This document shows, in pieces, positions 58,013 through 64,000 of a stretch of 64,000 nt of DNA (the stretch's first letter is position 1; each line of letters starts with the position of its first letter). Origin of the DNA: Pedobacter sp. (GTDB lineage: Bacteria; Bacteroidota; Bacteroidia; Sphingobacteriales; Sphingobacteriaceae). The translations under genes and the position numbers were made by a program. Below the pieces are notes generated by a model. That model made no database searches. It worked only from the letters and a program-made list of their open reading frames with translations, and was not told the origin of the DNA. Location: NCBI GenBank assembly GCA_014378705.1, contig JACMND010000066.1:27260-91259 (forward strand). Reading direction: 5' to 3'.

Positions 58013-58478
58013 GAATGTGTGAGAATTATGCATCATTCTGCTAAAAATGGAATAATCTGACTTATAGTTTCCTGATAGATGTGGCAGCCCCTGATTCTTT
58101 GTCGGCACTAGAGCGGCTAGCAGAGTTACCAATTATAGTACCTTAAATCCTACCTTTCTAAAAATAAAAAAATGATTGAGCTTGGGAGTTAAGGCTGTTT
58201 AAAATAGGAGAAGTATAAAATTTCACCCGCCACCTATGCCCGTTGTATTAAAAAAATTCATTCGGTCCTATCTAAGGAATTTCATTTGATTAAGTGTGAA
58301 GCACCTCTACCGCAGTCCATTCTTTTACCAATCTAAATATTCAATCATTCCAATAATCCATGTAAACCAATTGTTTTCAATAAGTTAACAAAAAAAATTT
58401 TACCAAAAAAGCCGGTTTATTTTTTATACTTTTGCCGACGCTTTAAAGCAATGACGCTTTAGAACTTTACATATTATC

Positions 58479-60356
58479 ATGAACCCATTTAGTACGTTGG
58501 GGATCCGTCATGATATTGTTAATGCCATAACTGAACTAGGTTTTGAAACACCTACACCAATCCAGGAACAAGCCATCCCGGTATTACTTTCAGGCAGCAA
58601 CGATTTAGTCGGATTAGCTCAAACAGGAACCGGTAAAACAGCAGCATTTGGCCTGCCTTTATTAGAATTACTTGATTTTGAAGAAAATTACCCTCAGGCA
58701 CTTATTCTGTGCCCAACCCGTGAACTGTGCTTACAGATCACCAATGATTTGAAAACTTACTCCAAAAACATGAGCAACGTAAACGTTGTGGCAGTTTACG
58801 GAGGCGCCAACATTTCAGATCAATTACGTCAGATTAAACGTGGCGTTCAAATAGTCGTGGCTACGCCAGGCCGCATGTTAGACATCATTAACCGGAAAGC
58901 TATTGACTTTTCTCAAGTAGGTTTTGTTGTTTTAGATGAAGCTGACGAAATGCTGAATATGGGATTTCAGGAAGACATAGACAGTATTTTATCTACTACC
59001 CCAACTGATAAAAAAACATGGTTATTTTCTGCAACGATGCCATCTGAAGTTCGGCGGATCGCGAAAAAATACATGACTGATCCGTTTGAATTAACAATGG
59101 GTACCAAAAATACCGGTAACGTTAATATATCTCACGAGTATTATGTTGTGCGTGCCCGCGACAAGTACGCCGCTTTTAAACGAATCGTTGATTTTAACCC
59201 GGAGATATTCGGTATCGTTTTTTGTCGCACTAAAATAGAAACACAGGAAATTGCGGAAGCGTTAATAAAAGACGGATATAATGCCGATTCTTTGCATGGC
59301 GACCTTTCTCAGCAACAGCGTGATAAAGTAATGAAGCGCTACCGCGAACGCAATTTGCAATTGCTGATTGCAACCGATGTGGCCGCCCGTGGTATTGACG
59401 TGAACGATGTTACTCACGTAATTAACTATTCTTTACCTGATGAACTCGAAAATTACACGCACCGCAGCGGCCGTACAGCACGTGCCGGAAAAATGGGAAT
59501 TTCGATCGCTATTATTAATCAGAAAGAATTAGGCAAGATCCGCCAGATTGAACGTGGTATTGGTAAGCAGTTTACAAAAAGTGAAATACCAAACGGCTTT
59601 GATGTTTGCGAAAAACAATTGTTCGCACTGGTACATAAGGTGCATAATGTTGAGGTTAACGAAGAACAGATTGAACAATACATCCCGCGTATAATGGATG
59701 AATTTAAGGATCTGGAGAAAGAGGAAATCATAAAACGTTTTGCTTCTCTGGAATTTAACCGCTTTCTGGAATACTACAAAAATGCGCCGGACCTGAATGC
59801 TTCATCCCAGGATGACCGCAGCAGTGATCGTGGAGACCGCTCTTTTAAATCAAGCACCAGCGAAGGTTATACACGTTTGTTTATGAACCTTGGTTCGGTT
59901 GATGATTTTACCCGTGGCGATATGCTCGGATTTATTTGTAACAATACCAAAATCAGCGGAAAAAGTGTTGGAAAGATTGATTTAAAAGGTGTATTTACAT
60001 TTTTTGAAGTTGAGAACTCCGTTGTAGAACAGGTTCAGCAAGCATTTAAAACGGTAGACTACCAGGGAAGGGATGTAAGAATAGAACTTGCAGGCGAGCG
60101 TGAAGGAGGAGGAAGCGGACGCGAAAGCGGAAGCCGTGGCGGTTTCAGTCGTGAACGTAGTGGCGGAGGAAGCGGTCACCGTGGCAGAAGTACCGGTGGA
60201 AACCGGGAAGGAAGCAGCCGTGAAGGAAGCAGCCGTGAGGGAAGTGGGTTCAGGGATTTTTCAGGCAAACGTCGTGAAGATCGTGGAAATAGTAGTAGCC
60301 CATCTGGCGGGCCACGCCGTGAAGGCGGAACCGGTGAACGCCGCAGAAGAAACTAA
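58479..60356 (+). CDS. DEAD-box ATP-dependent RNA helicase (DeaD/CsdA-like) with a DbpA-type RNA-binding region and an RG/SR-rich tail
   Basis: 625 aa with a Q-motif region and the AQTGTGKT, DEAD, SAT and HRSGRTARAG motifs. The C-terminal ~85 aa are Gly/Arg/Ser/Glu-rich. Confidence 0.93.
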   Translation: MNPFSTLGIRHDIVNAITELGFETPTPIQEQAIPVLLSGSNDLVGLAQTGTGKTAAFGLPLLELLDFEENYPQALILCPTRELCLQITNDLKTYSKNMSNVNVVAVYGGANISDQLRQIKRGVQIVVATPGRMLDIINRKAIDFSQVGFVVLDEADEMLNMGFQEDIDSILSTTPTDKKTWLFSATMPSEVRRIAKKYMTDPFELTMGTKNTGNVNISHEYYVVRARDKYAAFKRIVDFNPEIFGIVFCRTKIETQEIAEALIKDGYNADSLHGDLSQQQRDKVMKRYRERNLQLLIATDVAARGIDVNDVTHVINYSLPDELENYTHRSGRTARAGKMGISIAIINQKELGKIRQIERGIGKQFTKSEIPNGFDVCEKQLFALVHKVHNVEVNEEQIEQYIPRIMDEFKDLEKEEIIKRFASLEFNRFLEYYKNAPDLNASSQDDRSSDRGDRSFKSSTSEGYTRLFMNLGSVDDFTRGDMLGFICNNTKISGKSVGKIDLKGVFTFFEVENSVVEQVQQAFKTVDYQGRDVRIELAGEREGGGSGRESGSRGGFSRERSGGGSGHRGRSTGGNREGSSREGSSREGSGFRDFSGKRREDRGNSSSPSGGPRREGGTGERRRRN

Positions 60357-60359
60357 TCT

Positions 60360-60411
60360 GTTCGTTAACAAAAAAGCTCCTGAGAAATCAGGAGCTTTTT
60401 TGTTAACGAAC
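60360..60411. terminator. Bidirectional terminator: 24-bp perfect inverted repeat
   Basis: GTTCGTTAACAAAAAAGCTCCTGA - GAAA - TCAGGAGCTTTTTTGTTAACGAAC. It starts 4 nt after the helicase stop and lies between convergent genes. Confidence 0.85.
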
Positions 60412-60499
60412 TTGAAGAACTAAAATTTAAGAAAAACGCTTTGATTTAAAAAAACCCACCGTATTTATTAAATTTTAAAATACTAACTAGATCATTTAT

Positions 60500-61012
60500 C
60501 TAATTATTTACAGTAGTTACAATATCCGCAACCTTACTGTTCTGTCCAAAATATTTAATTAATTTTCCTTTAGGACTATAGATATAAGTAGCCGGATACT
60601 GAACCGGTAAAAATCGGTCGATAAACTGTTGCTTTGCATCTGTTAGCAAAGTTACGTTTGGCTTTCCGTTCATTTTGGAAGCGTATTTTTTCATAAAAAG
60701 TTGAATCCCGGCAAAATTATCCATGGACACCAGGTAAAACTCTGCTTTTTTGAAAACATCAAATTTACCTGACATGGCGTTAATTTCTTTTTGACAGTGA
60801 TCGCAGGTGACATCGAAAAATACAAAAACTATTTTTTTATTAGTTGTCAAATCCTTCCTTGAAAAAGGCTGCCCGTTTACTTTATAAAAAGTAAAATCAG
60901 GAATATTTTGGGCAGGGCCACTTTGAGCGTAAATAGTAGCCGAAATTAAACAGCCGGCAATAAAAATAATCGTTATTAGGAAGTATTTTCTCTGGTGCAT
61001 TTTAGTTATCAA
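60500..61012 (-). CDS. Thioredoxin-fold (TlpA/redoxin-like) protein, secreted
   Basis: 170 aa with a signal peptide and a CxxC active site in FFDVTCDHCQKE. Confidence 0.78.
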   Translation of the reverse strand: MITKMHQRKYFLITIIFIAGCLISATIYAQSGPAQNIPDFTFYKVNGQPFSRKDLTTNKKIVFVFFDVTCDHCQKEINAMSGKFDVFKKAEFYLVSMDNFAGIQLFMKKYASKMNGKPNVTLLTDAKQQFIDRFLPVQYPATYIYSPKGKLIKYFGQNSKVADIVTTVNN

Positions 61013-61070
61013 AACAATATTAAACTCCTAAAATCAAAAAACGAGCCGAAGTTAATCACCCTTTTTTGAT

Positions 61071-62771
61071 TTAAACAGATTTTTTTAATTCCTCAACAGC
61101 ATGATTTGCTGCTCTTGCGGTTAAAGCCATAAAGGTAAGGGATGGGTTTTGGGTTCCGGTTGAGGTCATACATGCTCCATCGGTTACATATACATTTAAA
61201 CAATCATGAAGCTGATTCCACTCATTTAGCAACGAAGTTTTAGGATCTTTGCCCATTCTTACACCACCCATCTCATGAATATCCAAGCCCGGTGCCTGAT
61301 TACTGTCAAAAGACCGAATATTTTTACAACCGGCTTTACTTAGCATCTCGGTTCCCTGCTGTAAAAAATCTTTTAAAAGTTTTTCATCGTTCTCGTCATA
61401 ACCCACGGAAACCGTCAACAACGGTATTCCCCATTCGTCTTTTTTATCTTCGCTCAAGCGCACATGATTTTTTTCAATTGGTATGGTTTCTCCCTGCATC
61501 ATCATGTAAATCTGCCAACCTCCAGGCTCAGAAATAGCATCTTTAAATTCTCCTCCAATTTGATTTCCTGGAGTTGAATGCCCCCAACCTGATCGACCAG
61601 CCGTATAAAAAACCATATATCCTCTCAGGAAATCAGTTTGCTGCTTCCGGACGTTCCTGAAATTAGGCATCATTACCGCTGTAGGCCTTCTTCCATAATA
61701 ATAAGAATCCAGATATCCGTCATATTCGGCAGTTAAAGATCCACGGTAGTTATGAAATGCAACAAATTTACCTAACAAGCCGCTATCGTTTGATAACCCG
61801 TTTGGAAACCGCTCAGATTTTGAATTAAGCAAAATCAGGTTGGTATTTAATGTACTCGCATTTACAAAAATAACTTTTGCAAAATATTCAATTGTTTCCT
61901 TTGTGATTGTATCAATAACCCTTACACCGGAAGCTTTACCGGCTTTTGAATCATAAATTATGGAATGAACCACAGAATGGGGCCTTAAGGTGAGGTTACC
62001 GGTTTTTTTAGCCCAGGGTAATGTAGAGGAGTTGGAGCTGAAATAGCCACCAAACGGGCAGCCACGTTCACATAAATTTCTGGCCTGGCATTTACCGCGA
62101 TCTTGTTGTAAATGGATTTCTTTTGGTTCGGTAAGATGCGCACACCGGCCAATAATCACGTGCCGATCGTCGTAACTTTTCAGAATTTTGTTCTGAATTT
62201 CTTTCTCAACCTGGTTTAATTCCCAGGGTGGTAAGAACTCACCATCAGGCATGGTTTCCAGTCCATCTGAATTACCGCTAATTCCTGCGAAAGTTTCTAC
62301 ATGGCTATACCATGGGGCGATATCGTTGTACCGGATTGGCCAATCAACAGCAAAGCCATCACGTTTTGGGCCTTCAAAATCAAACTTACTCCAGCGCTGC
62401 ACCTGCCTTGCCCATAATAAAGATTTACCGCCGACCTGATAGCCCCTGATCCAGTCATAGGGTTTTTCCTGAATGTAGGGATGCTCTGCATCCTTTACAA
62501 AAAAATGATCCGTAGCTTCGCCATAAGCATAACATTTATTAGCAATTGGATTTTCTGCCGTAACTTTTAAAGGCAATTGGCCATGGTGGGGGAAATCCCA
62601 TGGGTTTTTTGTGCTGGTGGGGTAATCCTGTATATGCTCCACATTTCTGCCTCTTTCAAGAACAAGTGTTTTAAATCCTTTTTCACAAAATTCTTTAGCG
62701 GCCCAGCCTCCGCTGATACCAGATCCGATTACAATCGCATCATAATTATGATCAATATCTTTTGACACCAT
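61071..62771 (-). CDS. GMC-family FAD-dependent oxidoreductase
   Basis: 566 aa with the N-terminal FAD motif DAIVIGSGISGGWAAKE and C-terminal GMC-type segments (HEMGGVRMG, VTDGACM). Confidence 0.85.
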   Translation of the reverse strand: MVSKDIDHNYDAIVIGSGISGGWAAKEFCEKGFKTLVLERGRNVEHIQDYPTSTKNPWDFPHHGQLPLKVTAENPIANKCYAYGEATDHFFVKDAEHPYIQEKPYDWIRGYQVGGKSLLWARQVQRWSKFDFEGPKRDGFAVDWPIRYNDIAPWYSHVETFAGISGNSDGLETMPDGEFLPPWELNQVEKEIQNKILKSYDDRHVIIGRCAHLTEPKEIHLQQDRGKCQARNLCERGCPFGGYFSSNSSTLPWAKKTGNLTLRPHSVVHSIIYDSKAGKASGVRVIDTITKETIEYFAKVIFVNASTLNTNLILLNSKSERFPNGLSNDSGLLGKFVAFHNYRGSLTAEYDGYLDSYYYGRRPTAVMMPNFRNVRKQQTDFLRGYMVFYTAGRSGWGHSTPGNQIGGEFKDAISEPGGWQIYMMMQGETIPIEKNHVRLSEDKKDEWGIPLLTVSVGYDENDEKLLKDFLQQGTEMLSKAGCKNIRSFDSNQAPGLDIHEMGGVRMGKDPKTSLLNEWNQLHDCLNVYVTDGACMTSTGTQNPSLTFMALTARAANHAVEELKKSV

Positions 62772-62779
62772 ATTCCTCT

Positions 62780-64000
62780 TTATAGGTCCAATTTTTCAAC
62801 AACCTTTTCTCCTACCTTTTTACCTTCTTTAACACCCTCATCTACGCTAAAGCGATAATGTATCCCTCCGTAAACCCTGCTAATTGAAGCCTCATCTGCA
62901 GCTTGTACAAATGATTTGAATTTCCGCTTCATCCCGATATATTCAAAGTCACTGGTGTCTTCAAACCTAAAATTATCGCCAAACATCTTAGTCAAAACAG
63001 TTGCCGCAGCTCTTGTAATTGTGCTGTGTCCGCTTGGATATTCCGGGAAAGGAGGTGTTTGCAACATTGGCTGCCACTTATTGTCTATACTTTCGTTGAT
63101 TACAGTAATCGGCCTTATTGTGTTGTGTTTGTATTTTAAGCTCCAGCAACAAATAAAAGCATCGTACATGGCAACTGCTGTTACCGCATAGGCCTTGGCA
63201 GTTATAATCGCATCCGATTTAGAATTTCTACTGGCAATGGCTGCAATCCCCATCCAATGACCACCCGGGGTAATCTTTTTATTCGCAAAACTCATATGGC
63301 CAGAATGCTCCATTACAAACGGGTTATCATCCCAGTAGCGGGCAATGTCTTTTTGCTCCTGTGTAAGATTGTTGGTTAATTTGTAAAGATTTTGAACTTC
63401 TCTATAATATTCACTTTTTACATCCAGGTTGTATTGAGGGGGAGGTGGCAAATCCTGTGCGAGCGTCGCAGAATCCAGTATTAAGGGTTTCATTGTACCC
63501 CAGCACCATTCAACCCCGTCCATATAATCCGGAGGTGTTGGCCGCCACTGACCAGGTTTCTGATTTCCAAGAAATTTAGCCTTACTTCTGCTTTTAAAAT
63601 ACCCATCCTTGGCTGCCATCGCCAAAATTTTTTTTCCAATAGAATCACCAAATGCAACTGAACGATTATAAGTGTCCTCACTTAATGTATTTTTAAATTG
63701 GCCATAAACTTTCGCTTCGTGGGATTTAAGAGAATCAATTGAAAAAACCACTTTATGTACCACGGTAAAAAACGCCTGTGTAGCCGCGAGTGTGAAATTA
63801 TAATCCTTTCCTTTCTCCGGCTCCGGCATGATTACATAACCGTTAAGTTTTGCAGCAATAGAAGCTGACCCTGGTTTTTCAAAACGCATGGCTTCGTAAG
63901 AAGCTAATGAAGAATAGGCATAAATCCGGCTGGCTACTGGTGGTGTGAAAACGTCGTAGATAATAACACGCGTAAGCTTATCTTGGTTCTGGTGAAGGAT
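62780..64000 (-). CDS. PAP2-superfamily / vanadium-haloperoxidase-like protein; the 5' end lies beyond the right edge
   Basis: It has the acid-phosphatase/haloperoxidase motifs KYKHNTIRP (Kx6RP), PSGHS and SRVYGGIHYRFS. The reading frame stays open upstream of the track Met (…ILHQNQDKLTRVIIYDVFTPPVASRIYAYSSLASYEA-MRFEK…) to position 64000. Confidence 0.8.
   Translation of the reverse strand: MLHQNQDKLTRVIIYDVFTPPVASRIYAYSSLASYEAMRFEKPGSASIAAKLNGYVIMPEPEKGKDYNFTLAATQAFFTVVHKVVFSIDSLKSHEAKVYGQFKNTLSEDTYNRSVAFGDSIGKKILAMAAKDGYFKSRSKAKFLGNQKPGQWRPTPPDYMDGVEWCWGTMKPLILDSATLAQDLPPPPQYNLDVKSEYYREVQNLYKLTNNLTQEQKDIARYWDDNPFVMEHSGHMSFANKKITPGGHWMGIAAIASRNSKSDAIITAKAYAVTAVAMYDAFICCWSLKYKHNTIRPITVINESIDNKWQPMLQTPPFPEYPSGHSTITRAAATVLTKMFGDNFRFEDTSDFEYIGMKRKFKSFVQAADEASISRVYGGIHYRFSVDEGVKEGKKVGEKVVEKLDL

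Noticed and set aside
60088-60423. 111-aa + strand ORF overlapping the helicase tail
   Set aside because: It is an alternative frame of the repetitive RG-rich coding region, and the helicase frame is continuous and supported by motifs. The same reasoning applies to 59982-60179 (-).

Overview
This is a 64-kb chromosomal segment from a Bacteroidota genome. Supporting signs are lipoprotein signals, DUF4293, START-like and TamB/LptFG-type genes, and TAnnTTTG-like -7 boxes; the protein sequences look Sphingobacteriia/Pedobacter-like, which is inference only. Coding is dense, with about 50 CDS, mostly housekeeping. (1) An eight-gene assimilatory sulfate-reduction/siroheme operon lies on the minus strand: Rrf2 regulator, cysI-type sulfite reductase, cobA, a SirC~TauE fusion, a metZ-like gene, cysH, cysD and partial cysN. 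(2) A DNA-repair neighbourhood holds uvrA, an ECF sigma factor, nth and recA. (3) Core genes include tsaD, tamB-like, ribBA, lptF/G, parC/parE, panB, carA, eno, ftsB-like, fabG, sucD, msrB, truA, a DEAD-box helicase and one tRNA-Met(CAU). (4) Accessory hydrolase/oxidoreductase genes are also present. I saw no rRNA, CRISPR array, transposase, integrase or phage genes. Five items are not routine. (a) A class-III-cyclase-like (DUF2652-like) gene converges on, and overlaps at the 3' end with, an HD phosphohydrolase fused to a Pycsar-effector-like membrane domain; this is the best candidate for an undescribed nucleotide-signalling or defence pair. (b) Three copies of a ~105-nt intergenic element have conserved ends and a compensatory-variable hairpin, suggesting an sRNA gene family or a REP-like element. 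(c) Two fusion proteins stand out: SirC~TauE, and a metallophosphoesterase joined to an Omp85 barrel. (d) A decayed FAD-oxidoreductase/Rieske gene carries a large internal deletion, a frameshift and a nonsense codon. (e) An MBL-fold gene is bracketed by related GC-rich hairpins. All family assignments come from motif reading by eye; no database search was run.
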